In this document: positions 18,698-28,315 of the stretch, piece by piece
How positions within the stretch are numbered: the first letter of the stretch is position 1
How the letters are laid out: each line of letters begins with the position of its first letter
Notes under the pieces: model-generated
Seen by the model: only the letters and a program-made list of their open reading frames with translations
The model's database searches: none
Told to the model about the DNA's origin: nothing
IMG/VR virus record: IMGVR_UViG_3300023170_004399
Location: 1 to 64,000 of that record
Origin: a virus
Taxonomy: Duplodnaviria; Caudoviricetes
Length of the DNA stretch: 64,000 nt
Strand: one strand, 5' to 3'
Translations under genes and position numbers: made by a program

Positions 18698-19496
18698 AAG
18701 ACAAAAACAATTAAAGCAGCTGCGATTGGTCATACGAGAGGCTATATCATCTCAAATGATGGAGCCTAATCGTGTTGTGGCTTCTTTGCCGCATACATAC
18801 CAACCCGTGCACTGGAAGTCTCTGATGCAACAGGGCAAGTGGTCGCGGAAGTTTCCAGAGACATATTTTTCTCCGGAGCAAAAAAAGAAATATAGTGATA
18901 AGGTAGCAAATTTGCGTAATACTGATCCGCATCAAGCTGATGCATTAGTTGGTCCTGTTGTTAACGAACCGTTTGGTTGGTACGATTCAAGTAAGGGTTT
19001 CACTGAAGAGCAAGATATTTTATATCGCATGCACTCAGAAGATTATATCCCAGACCCAGAGGATCCAGCGAATTTATTACATAGAAGGCGACAGTCTGTT
19101 CCTCCAACAGTTGAGAAATTGCTAGCAACTGAAAATCATGACTATAATATAGTGTACAAAGCTGCATACAAGATATACTCGACCAGCGGTGTAGCTAATC
19201 CTTGGGGTAGAGACACTGGCACAAACGCCATATCTAGACTTTTTGATTATTATAGCGAGCTTGCCCTCAAAGATATTCTTACAGCGAAAGCCAAGATAGA
19301 GGAATACTTGACAGATGCTAAATATGCGGATGATCGCGAAGAAATAGTTTCTAATTATTCTTACAGAGGCGAAACATTATTGGCAGACATGGAAACCCTC
19401 GTTTCAAGTTTAGAAAAACAATATAAGACAGCAATGAAATGGTACTACACTGGTCAAATTGCTGATGGTTGGTATATGCCATTGTTAGAGAACTGA
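18690..19496 (+). CDS. Leader-tagged hypothetical protein, paralog of 20083-20886
   Basis: MNRRQKQLKQLRLVIRE; SLPHTY, EQKKKYSDK, DALV.P..NEP.G.YD.SKG.TEE. Confidence 0.6.
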   Translation: MNRRQKQLKQLRLVIREAISSQMMEPNRVVASLPHTYQPVHWKSLMQQGKWSRKFPETYFSPEQKKKYSDKVANLRNTDPHQADALVGPVVNEPFGWYDSSKGFTEEQDILYRMHSEDYIPDPEDPANLLHRRRQSVPPTVEKLLATENHDYNIVYKAAYKIYSTSGVANPWGRDTGTNAISRLFDYYSELALKDILTAKAKIEEYLTDAKYADDREEIVSNYSYRGETLLADMETLVSSLEKQYKTAMKWYYTGQIADGWYMPLLEN

Positions 19497-19589
19497 AATA
19501 GAGGACACAAAAATACGATTATCCGAATGACTATGAACAAGCGATGGAAGCATACAAAGATGGTCAGATGGATGCTAAAGGGTTATAAA

Positions 19590-19619
19590 ATGAAATTATC
19601 AAAAAGGGGTATAAAATGA
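19590..19619 (+). pseudogene. Leader stub mini-ORF MKLSKRGIK
   Basis: GGGTTATAAAATGAAATTATCAAAAAG duplicates the start region of the next gene; its stop overlaps the next ATG. Confidence 0.5.
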
Positions 19620-20062
19620 AAATTACAAAAAGACAACTCAAAAGAATTATTCGAGAAGAATATCAGGAAGTTATAAAAGAAGGCATTGCCGGCACTGTTG
19701 GGTATCACCTAGGCATGAAAAACCACCACCCTGTTCATGAGATGTGTTTGCAATTAAAAGAATTGTTTCCTGAAGCGACAGAGGAACAACTAGCTTTTGC
19801 GTTTCTTTTAGGTGAGAATCCTGCTAACGGACTTAAGTCTGCTCGAGAAGGAAAGGACCAAGAGTGTTACAATATTTTGTTTCGTGCTCTGACCATCTGG
19901 AAAGAATATCATGATGTACCTGAAGGTGGAGAATTGCCTTCAGACAGAAGGAGAAAAAATCAATTGAGATCTGTATCACCGGATGTTGTCGATTGGCAAG
20001 AAGATGGTTGGGAATACGAAAAGTATGGTGTCATGCCCGGTACTGATGAAGAAAACACCTAA
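19616..20062 (+). CDS. Leader-tagged (class B) hypothetical protein
   Basis: MKITKRQLKRIIREEYQEVIKE. Confidence 0.65.
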   Translation: MKITKRQLKRIIREEYQEVIKEGIAGTVGYHLGMKNHHPVHEMCLQLKELFPEATEEQLAFAFLLGENPANGLKSAREGKDQECYNILFRALTIWKEYHDVPEGGELPSDRRRKNQLRSVSPDVVDWQEDGWEYEKYGVMPGTDEENT

Positions 20063-20082
20063 TCATAACAAAGGAGGCTTCT

Positions 20083-20886
20083 ATGAGGCTTACAAAAAGG
20101 CAACTTCGATATTTTATTAGAGAAGCGATTGAAAACGTTATAACTCAGCCTAATTTGGTTCAACGGTCATTGCCGCACACGTATCAACATTGGTTTACAA
20201 AAAATGCTCCAAATCGTCGTAAGCCTCCGGAAGAGTATTTGTCTGATGAACAGAAAGAAAAGTATGGTGATAAGTTAGCCACTTTGCGGGCTGATGATGG
20301 CAAGCAAACGGATGCATTAGTTGCACCATTAATTAATGAGCCGTACGGGTTTTATGATAAAAGTAAAGGCTATACAGAAGAAATGGAAATGATATCAAGA
20401 ATACATGATGAAGAGGTACCTAACCCTGATGGTCCGGGTACAGTTGATAGAAACTTTGACGATCGTATACCTCCTTTTATGTTGAATTTGCGTGGTTATA
20501 CAAATAATCAAGTTTATAATTTGTCCCGTGTAGCTGAAGATATATGGATAAAAACAATTAATGAAAGAATGGAAAGTGATACTGGGAATGAGTTTGGTTT
20601 TAAAGGATCCGACATCGGGTTTTTTGGTCAAGACTTGGCGGACAGAACCAGGCTTCATAAATACATTAATAATTTTGTTTTAGAAAAGGATATCATTAGG
20701 GCAGCTAACAATTTGGAAAAGTATTTGAGTGATGCTAAGTATGAAAAAGATCGTCAGGATCTTGCTTCTTTTTCGGATGGTCGACAAGCATTAAAAATGA
20801 TTCGAGAAGCTATTAAAAGTTTACGAAAGCAATATAAAGATACTATGAAGTATTATCATTACGGCACATTGCCTTCAAGGAAATAG
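20083..20886 (+). CDS. Leader-tagged hypothetical protein, paralog of 18690-19496
   Basis: AAGGAGG SD; MRLTKRQLRYFIREAIE; shared blocks with 18690. Confidence 0.65.
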   Translation: MRLTKRQLRYFIREAIENVITQPNLVQRSLPHTYQHWFTKNAPNRRKPPEEYLSDEQKEKYGDKLATLRADDGKQTDALVAPLINEPYGFYDKSKGYTEEMEMISRIHDEEVPNPDGPGTVDRNFDDRIPPFMLNLRGYTNNQVYNLSRVAEDIWIKTINERMESDTGNEFGFKGSDIGFFGQDLADRTRLHKYINNFVLEKDIIRAANNLEKYLSDAKYEKDRQDLASFSDGRQALKMIREAIKSLRKQYKDTMKYYHYGTLPSRK

Positions 20887-20887
20887 C

Positions 20888-21523
20888 ATGAGAATATCTA
20901 AGAAAAGGTTAAGACAAATAATACGAGAAGAATATAGAAGAATAAACGAGTCTTTTATATCCGGACCTGCAGGTACTATGGCTGTGCCAGACGAAGACCC
21001 AGCTGATCAACTTAAGCCAGACCATGTTGGGAAATTAAGGGACTTAAAAACCAGTGATAGAAAATATGCAGATCATCTAGCTAAAGGTGCAGGTTATAAA
21101 CCACAATATGGACCATATCATGAATTTTCGGATGATGACGAAATACATAAGGACCCTATGGGCGAATATGATAAACGCACACGTATAACTCACCCTGAAA
21201 AAGGCGACTGTCCATCTTTTAAAGATGTTAAAAGTATACTTTCAAGATTTGAAGACACAGTTGCGTCATATTTTATGCAAAAGCGAAGCAAATTAATTCA
21301 ACTCTGGGAGGACAGTTTTATGATGGGTTATAATTTACCTACAATTGAGGGGTGTGGTGATGATACTCGATCTTTTCAATGGATGGTAAATCAGGCTGAA
21401 ATTAATAATGATAAAGGTGTCTTTGGGTTGGATTATGAAACTTATAAACAGTTTTGTGATGCTTGGTTAAAAGACGCAGACGAATATAGCATGTTCGAGT
21501 GGGCATATATGGAAGATATATAA
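20888..21523 (+). CDS. Leader-tagged (class B) hypothetical protein
   Basis: MRISKKRLRQIIREEYRRINE. Confidence 0.65.
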   Translation: MRISKKRLRQIIREEYRRINESFISGPAGTMAVPDEDPADQLKPDHVGKLRDLKTSDRKYADHLAKGAGYKPQYGPYHEFSDDDEIHKDPMGEYDKRTRITHPEKGDCPSFKDVKSILSRFEDTVASYFMQKRSKLIQLWEDSFMMGYNLPTIEGCGDDTRSFQWMVNQAEINNDKGVFGLDYETYKQFCDAWLKDADEYSMFEWAYMEDI

Positions 21524-21539
21524 TAGTTAGGAGATAAAT

Positions 21540-21860
21540 ATGAAAATATCTAGAAAGACACTAAAACGTATTATTAAGGAAGAGTATGCAAGACACAGAA
21601 GATTGTGGAACGCGTACGCATTCAGCACTCTGAACGAGTCGTCAGCTGATATTGTTGAAGAATGCATCAAGAAATGTATAGAAAAACTAAATCTACATCG
21701 TACGAAAGTCGAACTTGAATTAATGCAGGGTCGACGTTTTAGTATCACTATGCATAAATGTGTAAGAGAGTGCTGTATTGAGATGGGCTGTGAAGATGCT
21801 GAAGCGGGAGTATTAGCAGCTGTTCAACTACATTTTGAAAGTCAAATGAATATACAATAA
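21540..21860 (+). CDS. Leader-tagged (class B) small Cys-rich protein
   Basis: MKISRKTLKRIIKEEY...TLNE. Confidence 0.6.
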   Translation: MKISRKTLKRIIKEEYARHRRLWNAYAFSTLNESSADIVEECIKKCIEKLNLHRTKVELELMQGRRFSITMHKCVRECCIEMGCEDAEAGVLAAVQLHFESQMNIQ

Positions 21861-21871
21861 GGAGTAAATCA

Positions 21872-22873
21872 ATGTCAAGTTTAATAACACCGCATGAGTT
21901 AAGTGAAAATTATATCGTAGAGGTACTAGGTTTCGAACGCGGATTACTAGTTGAGGGTCGTTATAATATCCAGCTACAAGAGGCAATTCTTAGAGAACAT
22001 TTGCTTTTTGAAAGTTGGTGGGATCCTGCTAAAAAATTTCTAGGTAAGGGTTTTAATAAAATTAAAAAAAAGGCCATGGAGCCAATCGAAGCAATAAACG
22101 AATTTGGTTCAGACGTCAAGGGTATTGTTGCTGCTCTTACAGCAGCTGTGCAAAATGGAAAAATGCTTAAGCAGATTAATGTTTTCGTGCAATACTCCGG
22201 GAGGGCTGCAGGTAAAAATATTGCTAACAAAATTAATAAAATAGGCGATTATTTAAAAAAATACAACATGCCAACATTTGCAAAAGGCTTGTATAAGATT
22301 GCTAAGACTATAGATAGTTTCAGAGTTAGTGTAGCAAAAATCTCTGGTTGGAAAGGCTTGTTGTCAAACTTAGCGTATATACTAGGTGTAAAATATTTAG
22401 ATGATAATTTTGAAATCAGTGACAAGCTAGGTAATGCTATTGAAATATTAAAAGAACCAGTTAAACATTTTAAAGGGGAAGTATTAGACTATCTTACTGG
22501 TAAAATAGAAGATGCAAAGGAAGATGTTTTAGATGCTGTCAAGGAAAAAGTGTTTGATGTTATTAAAGAAAAATTTGGTTTTGTCGAAGAGTTCAAGAAC
22601 AAAATTCAGGAGCTTGTGGAAAAATTAGCAGGTAAAGCGATTGAACAGTTTGCTGGTCCGATTGCATGGGTTAAACAAGCCATAGAATTATTTGGTACGG
22701 CTAAGTTTGTTACTGATACTATTTCGCCTGCTTTATCACAGGGGAAGAAAGGTATTCACAAGCTTGAATCTTACAAAATACCTAAGTCTGCTCTTAAGAA
22801 AATAATACGAGAAGAATATAGAAGAAAAATGAGATTAAACAATGCTAGGCTTCGCACTAAGAAAATATATTAG
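21872..22873 (+). CDS. Helical, partly hydrophobic protein with a class B leader-like motif at its C-terminus
   Basis: AAGGAG SD; ends KIPKSALKKIIREEYRRKMRLN; several LxE sites near the N-terminus. Confidence 0.6.
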   Translation: MSSLITPHELSENYIVEVLGFERGLLVEGRYNIQLQEAILREHLLFESWWDPAKKFLGKGFNKIKKKAMEPIEAINEFGSDVKGIVAALTAAVQNGKMLKQINVFVQYSGRAAGKNIANKINKIGDYLKKYNMPTFAKGLYKIAKTIDSFRVSVAKISGWKGLLSNLAYILGVKYLDDNFEISDKLGNAIEILKEPVKHFKGEVLDYLTGKIEDAKEDVLDAVKEKVFDVIKEKFGFVEEFKNKIQELVEKLAGKAIEQFAGPIAWVKQAIELFGTAKFVTDTISPALSQGKKGIHKLESYKIPKSALKKIIREEYRRKMRLNNARLRTKKIY

Positions 22874-23363
22874 AAACATACTGTTAGAAACTTCTAACAC
22901 AGCCTGTAATTATATATCATTTGGTTTCATCGATGATCAAGGCAATTTGCATGATATAGAAGAATATCGAATGGCTAATCCGGATAAAAGTCATGTAATC
23001 GATCATGATTCATATTTGCATGAATTATATGGTGATGAATATAGTTACGAAAGACCACAAAACTGGGTTGTAATTAGAAATGCTAAATTTCTAGAAATAG
23101 AGGCATATAATTGGTGGGACATTGATGATAATATCAGACACAAACAAATTGATGCATTAATAGAAATGTTGAGAAGATGTGCTGGTTACTGCGACTGGAT
23201 TAGGAACAATATTCTAGAAGAACATGTCGATATCAATTATTTAACTCAAATGGGCCGGCCTCCCGGGAGTACAGATGAATCTGAAACTTGGCCCGATTTA
23301 ATAGCTAGATATGGTCGAGAAGACCAAGTAATTAAATTATTAGAATTATTTCTCCCGGAGTAA
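22842..23363 (+). CDS. Leader-tagged (class A) hypothetical protein
   Basis: LRKYIRNILLE; GFIDDQG..H motif. Confidence 0.6.
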   Translation: MLGFALRKYIRNILLETSNTACNYISFGFIDDQGNLHDIEEYRMANPDKSHVIDHDSYLHELYGDEYSYERPQNWVVIRNAKFLEIEAYNWWDIDDNIRHKQIDALIEMLRRCAGYCDWIRNNILEEHVDINYLTQMGRPPGSTDESETWPDLIARYGREDQVIKLLELFLPE

Positions 23364-23369
23364 TATTAC

Positions 23370-23765
23370 ATGTTAAGAAGGTACATAAGAAAATTAATAT
23401 ATGAAATGATTCTTCGTGAGTCTATTGACCCGGGGTTAGAAGATTACCTTAATGGTTTGGCTGACAAGGCGCAGACTGGTAATTTAAAAGGCGCGGTATT
23501 TGGTTTAGTAAAAGGAAAATATGCTACTGAGGCTCGTGAGTATGTTTATAAAAGGTGCCGTGTTATAAACTGGCAACAGTATCAGACATTGTATAATTCT
23601 GGTGTGAAAACTGTAATACCACCAACGATGCCTGGGTTTTTTGGTTTGCCTGGTGCAGCTGCAAAGGTAACAGCTTGGTTGTTGGAAAATAAAAATGATC
23701 CGCAGTTTAGGCAGGAATTGAAGCAGGTTGTGATTGATAATTTGCCGCGGAGATCTGTTGCATAA
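23370..23765 (+). CDS. Leader-tagged (class A) hypothetical protein
   Basis: MLRRYIRKLIYEMILRE. Confidence 0.6.
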   Translation: MLRRYIRKLIYEMILRESIDPGLEDYLNGLADKAQTGNLKGAVFGLVKGKYATEAREYVYKRCRVINWQQYQTLYNSGVKTVIPPTMPGFFGLPGAAAKVTAWLLENKNDPQFRQELKQVVIDNLPRRSVA

Positions 23766-23766
23766 G

Positions 23767-23789
23767 ATGTCTAGGGGGAGCCTAGACAT
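23767..23789 (+). terminator. Hairpin after a sub-operon
   Basis: ATGTCTAGG-GGGAG-CCTAGACAT, 9-bp stem, weak T tail. Confidence 0.5.
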
Positions 23790-23888
23790 TGTTGTACGTG
23801 GTGATCTATGGGTGTATCGCGCGCCAAAAGTTTTTCGTGTTTTTTATTTTGTTGTTTATATTTATTGGTATAGATTTTAAGGAAGCAA

Positions 23889-24128
23889 ATGAAGATATCA
23901 AAAAAGCAATTAAAGCAAATTATCAGAAAAGAGTATGTGCGTTTGCAAAATCGCAGGATACTTAATGAAGAGATTAATGAAGATTTAGTAGATTCAATTA
24001 GATTAGCTATGGATGAAATAGATCATTTATTAGATGTCATGACCAAAGAAAGTTTAATAGAATATATACAATCAAAATTTCCACATGCAAATATAGAAAC
24101 AATTGAAGAAGCTATTAGCTCATATTAA
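23889..24128 (+). CDS. Leader-tagged (class B) small protein
   Basis: MKISKKQLKQIIRKEYVRLQNRRILNEE; the leader is about a third of the protein. Confidence 0.6.
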   Translation: MKISKKQLKQIIRKEYVRLQNRRILNEEINEDLVDSIRLAMDEIDHLLDVMTKESLIEYIQSKFPHANIETIEEAISSY

Positions 24129-24139
24129 GGGGGACAACC

Positions 24140-24757
24140 ATGAAAATATCAAAAAAACAACTAAGACAAATTATACGTGAAGAATACACAAGACTAAAAT
24201 TCAGACGTATGCTCAATGAGAGTGCGGGTAAAAAACTACAACAGTTAAATGTAGATATAGCTAAAGGCCCTGATGGAGAGCTATCATCAACATTTTTTGC
24301 CGTATTTAAAGATGGCTCGCATATGGGATCTCAAGAAAGATCTATTGGACATCAGGCGCATAACATAGCAGCGGAAAATATGAAACATGAAACAAGTTTA
24401 AGAGGTAAAACAAGCAGAGAGAAACGAGAAAAATATGGCAATCGTTCTAGAATATCATTGGATATGGGTTCGGTAAGAAGAAGAGGCGGTGATGTTGTGG
24501 AAAATTTCTGTAATGTCTGGGCTGGTCATTTGTCTAGGGAACTTGGTATTGATGTAAGCTCATCTGATTTAATGAAATTACACAGAAGTGGTCAATTGAG
24601 TGTTAGTGGCCCTGGCGGTGATACAGAAGCTTATGCAAAACATAGAGCTAGCTTGCCTAACACCTTTTATGACGAAAAAGAAGATAATCTTTATGATCCA
24701 AGTGAAGATAATTTAGAAGAAAATATAAGAAGAAAAATTAGGCTCATGCTTAAATAA
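24140..24757 (+). CDS. Leader-tagged (class B) hypothetical protein
   Basis: MKISKKQLRQIIREEYTRLKFRRMLNE; ends LEENIRRKIRLMLK. Confidence 0.65.
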   Translation: MKISKKQLRQIIREEYTRLKFRRMLNESAGKKLQQLNVDIAKGPDGELSSTFFAVFKDGSHMGSQERSIGHQAHNIAAENMKHETSLRGKTSREKREKYGNRSRISLDMGSVRRRGGDVVENFCNVWAGHLSRELGIDVSSSDLMKLHRSGQLSVSGPGGDTEAYAKHRASLPNTFYDEKEDNLYDPSEDNLEENIRRKIRLMLK

Positions 24758-24796
24758 TATTACATTTAATACTAAAATTAAATAAAAGGTAATTAA

Positions 24797-25693
24797 ATGA
24801 TAAAAAAGGGTGCGTTAAAGCGTATTATTCGTGAGGAGCTGAGTCGAAAGTCTAGACTTAATGAATCTACGAAGGAATACTACAAACTTCAGGGCATGGC
24901 TGCTGAGAAGGTACCTGTTGAAGATATTGTGGCGGAAATAAAGCGTATGATATCTGACAAGGAATTAAGGTATGATCAGGCGTTGGAGCACCTCAAAAAT
25001 CTTACAAGATACTATCCTAGAATGCCTAAACGAGATTATGATAAGGCTGTTGAGTTATTGTCTGACTTGTCTTCTACGCAAAGTTTTCTGACGTCAGAAG
25101 TGCCTGATAGTTTGGAAGATTTGTTGTTGTGGTATTATGGTGACCCTAGAAAAACTAGGTTGTCTGGTGATGATTATGAAACTTTGGGTTTAAATCTAGA
25201 TGGCAGATGGTGGGGAAGCAGGGTAGACAGACAAAGCCCAATGCAGATATGGGATAAATATATACCATCATGGTTAGGGACTAAAGCATTGAAGGGACCT
25301 GTACATAATTTCCGGAAGGTATCTGGCGATAATGGTTATTTCAAGTACATGTTTGATTTTGAAGGTGACAGTTGGGATTTTGAAAGTCGTCGTAATTATT
25401 CTAAGGGTTGGCGTGAAGCTGATGAGAATATATTTAACATGCCGCAAACTTTTGGTGATGCGGAGAATGTAAGACGAGATTTTCATCAACAGTTGGTGAA
25501 TAAAGATATATCCAAATTAAATCCTGGTAGTAAAATAGATTTAAGAACTGGTACTGCTCCAGACATGTCAGATTTGGAAACTTTTGGTCATTTCATGTAT
25601 GGGGAAAAGGGCAATCCGGATAGGGAAGCAGTGCAGAAAAAAGCTGAAGATTATTATGACTTAAGCAAAAATAAAAATAAAAAATATCAATAG
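24797..25693 (+). CDS. Leader-tagged (class B) hypothetical protein
   Basis: MIKKGALKRIIREELSRKSRLNE. Confidence 0.65.
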   Translation: MIKKGALKRIIREELSRKSRLNESTKEYYKLQGMAAEKVPVEDIVAEIKRMISDKELRYDQALEHLKNLTRYYPRMPKRDYDKAVELLSDLSSTQSFLTSEVPDSLEDLLLWYYGDPRKTRLSGDDYETLGLNLDGRWWGSRVDRQSPMQIWDKYIPSWLGTKALKGPVHNFRKVSGDNGYFKYMFDFEGDSWDFESRRNYSKGWREADENIFNMPQTFGDAENVRRDFHQQLVNKDISKLNPGSKIDLRTGTAPDMSDLETFGHFMYGEKGNPDREAVQKKAEDYYDLSKNKNKKYQ

Positions 25694-25706
25694 GGGGGGT
25701 AATATC

Positions 25707-26390
25707 ATGAAAATTAAAAAGACAGCTTTAAAAAAGATTATTGCTGAGGAATATGCGAGAAAGCGTGTAAGAGACATGTTGCAAGAGGGAATGTTTGATT
25801 TTGATCAATCACCGGTGTTGAATATGGCGAAAGGTGCTTATAACTGGTTAAGAATGCGTGATGCAATAAAAGTAGAAGTTAAAGAAAATACACGTGGAAA
25901 AGATTATAATCTTAAAATTGAGTTTACAATAAAAAATTCCGGAATTTCTGCACGTCACAGCTCAAGTTTTCCTCACTTCTTGTACAGAGCAGAGTTAAAT
26001 TTAAAACAGCTAAAAAATGGAGACACACGTGTAACACATGTCGGAGATGTTCCTATTGTAATGGGTCTCAAGGGACCTGATGCACAGGTGAACTTTGCAA
26101 GAAGAACGGGTGAATATGGATTTGGAGGTCCGTTTGGTACAAAAGGTCTCAAAAAAAGTGAGGACATCCAATTTCAAAGCCCAGCTTTTTTCTACAGTGA
26201 AATGGTGCCAAATGAAGATGGCAGGAACAAACGTGTTTATGGGGACAGGCCTGTAACCAAAGAATCAGTAAAATCAATAACTGATCAAATATTAAAAAAA
26301 TTATATTATTTTTATGGTGGTAAGAACCGAAGACTACTAGGTGATGACACCCCTACTTGGTCTTGGAATATAACTGGCGATTTATCATAA
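25707..26390 (+). CDS. Leader-tagged (class B) hypothetical protein
   Basis: MKIKKTALKKIIAEEYARKRVRDMLQE. Confidence 0.65.
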   Translation: MKIKKTALKKIIAEEYARKRVRDMLQEGMFDFDQSPVLNMAKGAYNWLRMRDAIKVEVKENTRGKDYNLKIEFTIKNSGISARHSSSFPHFLYRAELNLKQLKNGDTRVTHVGDVPIVMGLKGPDAQVNFARRTGEYGFGGPFGTKGLKKSEDIQFQSPAFFYSEMVPNEDGRNKRVYGDRPVTKESVKSITDQILKKLYYFYGGKNRRLLGDDTPTWSWNITGDLS

Positions 26391-26411
26391 ATTAAAATAT
26401 GGGGTAGTATT

Positions 26412-27356
26412 ATGAAAATTAAAAAGACAACTTTGAAAAAGATTATTGCTGAGGAATATGCTAGGAAGCGTGTAAGAGACTTGTTGCAAGAGACATTTAT
26501 GGACCGGGTGAAAATACACACTGGTGAGTTTATGGGTTCATTAGGGCGAGGTGCATCTAACATTTATAATTTTCTTACTATGCAAACGCCAGTGAAGGTT
26601 GATCTGAGGTATTATGATTTACAAGCAGATCGAAATGCAGCACACCCAAGGCTCGAATTAAACATTGACATAAGAGATTTACCAATATTAGCCAAAACTT
26701 CAGTCGGTGAATATAGTACTGAAACACAGAAAAAATATGCAAATGTTAGTATTTCAGCACTCCTGGAAGTTAGCGGCAAAGTACCAGTAATTAAATTGAC
26801 CAAACGAAAATTAGTTTTATTGGAAGACAAGCTTGGTGGGTCAATACCTAAACATGATTATGTTATCCACAAAGAAAAGGAAAAAAATGCTGCACATAAG
26901 GATCAAGAAATTAGTGCTACATTTTCTCCGCGTGATATAGCTTTAGGCTTCGATAAACCCTCCAAAGCACGTCAACATGTTGGTATACCGGCCGGTGTTG
27001 ATGCTGTTGGTAAAAAATATGGAAAAAAATATTTATCCGACAAGACCGGAGAAGTACAAAAGTTATTCTTCGGCACTAGCCGTCCTGAAACAGAAGATAG
27101 AGGTTCAAACCCTATATATTTCGTGCCTGAAAACAAAAGGGATGATGGACCAATTTTAAACTTTAGCGATGAAGCAATAAAAGAATGTGTAGAAGGCATA
27201 TTGAATTTTTTGAATTACTACGAGCATGGTGATCAAAAGAAAAATAAGATTAGACCTCTGCTAGGCGAAGACGGCAAGGGTGGCGATCGATATGCTCATG
27301 ACTTTCGGTTGAATTTTGACATTTTTAACCGCGTTGAAAAATATGGAAAAAGCTAA
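26412..27356 (+). CDS. Leader-tagged (class B) hypothetical protein
   Basis: MKIKKTTLKKIIAEEYARKRVRDLLQE, near-identical leader to the previous ORF. Confidence 0.65.
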   Translation: MKIKKTTLKKIIAEEYARKRVRDLLQETFMDRVKIHTGEFMGSLGRGASNIYNFLTMQTPVKVDLRYYDLQADRNAAHPRLELNIDIRDLPILAKTSVGEYSTETQKKYANVSISALLEVSGKVPVIKLTKRKLVLLEDKLGGSIPKHDYVIHKEKEKNAAHKDQEISATFSPRDIALGFDKPSKARQHVGIPAGVDAVGKKYGKKYLSDKTGEVQKLFFGTSRPETEDRGSNPIYFVPENKRDDGPILNFSDEAIKECVEGILNFLNYYEHGDQKKNKIRPLLGEDGKGGDRYAHDFRLNFDIFNRVEKYGKS

Positions 27357-27367
27357 TTAGAATATTT

Positions 27368-27396
27368 TTATAAAATGTGACCTCTTTGGGTATAGT
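27368..27396 (+). promoter_or_regulatory. Promoter, TTATAA class
   Basis: TTATAA-N17-TATAGT; similar at 29466, 43305, 44234. Confidence 0.5.
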
Positions 27397-27426
27397 ATTA
27401 ATACACTATATTTAAGGAGGTTTTTT

Positions 27427-28284
27427 ATGTGTAAGTTAACGGATGCTGGATACAATTTAGATAATTATAATGGTCCTAGTTTAGAGAGTGAAGCTGTACA
27501 GCAGAATGTGTTGGATGTTTTAAGCTGGGGTAAGAAGTTTAAATTGTATCGTGTTGCGGACAGGAAGGAAAATGGAAAGCTTGGTTATTACTTGAACAAT
27601 GTATTGGTAAAGGTTGCTAGTAATGACACAAATATGATACTTAATGTAATGAAAGGCCCTAAGCGTGGTGGCCGGGCAGTAAACAATATAGAATATGAGA
27701 CACATGCAAAGCATCAGATGTTTGTTAGAAATATTGATAATGAAGATATATGTAATGCATTGTCATATGGGTTAAAGATACCCGGTAATCGTGATAGATA
27801 TGTTTGGTTGCATAATAATTTGTATATTGTTGGGAAAGAGGATGATGATTCAAATTATGAGGTAATTTCTGCTGTTAGAATTAGTTTGATTGACAAAGAT
27901 GGTTTTTTTCGTGGCGGCGAAGAAAAAAGAGGATTTTTATCTATACTTTTAAACTGTAGTGAAAGATTTGGAGTTAAAGATTGGGGATATCAAATAGTAG
28001 ATGAAACAGCAACCATATTATACAATATATCTGAATTGTCAGAGTTAGACGTATTTGTTCCTAATCGTGGTCACAAGTATTCACTTATTTTCGGTGTTTC
28101 AGCTCCTAATGATAAAGATTTTTACAGAAAGCACAGGGATTTGTTAGCTAATTTAGGTTTCGAACAATATAAAATAATTGGGAGATCTAATACTGATATA
28201 CATGGTAATGAGGAACACATTGTGTTACTTAAATTTGACATGAATATATATGATTTAACGATGCACTGGGGATTTTATAAATAA
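27427..28284 (+). CDS. Hypothetical protein without leader
   Basis: AAGGAGG SD, own promoter; no recognised domain. Confidence 0.65.
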   Translation: MCKLTDAGYNLDNYNGPSLESEAVQQNVLDVLSWGKKFKLYRVADRKENGKLGYYLNNVLVKVASNDTNMILNVMKGPKRGGRAVNNIEYETHAKHQMFVRNIDNEDICNALSYGLKIPGNRDRYVWLHNNLYIVGKEDDDSNYEVISAVRISLIDKDGFFRGGEEKRGFLSILLNCSERFGVKDWGYQIVDETATILYNISELSELDVFVPNRGHKYSLIFGVSAPNDKDFYRKHRDLLANLGFEQYKIIGRSNTDIHGNEEHIVLLKFDMNIYDLTMHWGFYK

Positions 28285-28315
28285 CTAGATAATTATATTT
28301 TATCGGAGTTATTGT

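Noticed and set aside
27095-27120. T-arm-like GGTTCAAACCC
   Set aside because: Stem has a mismatch and no acceptor or D-arm; lies inside a coding region
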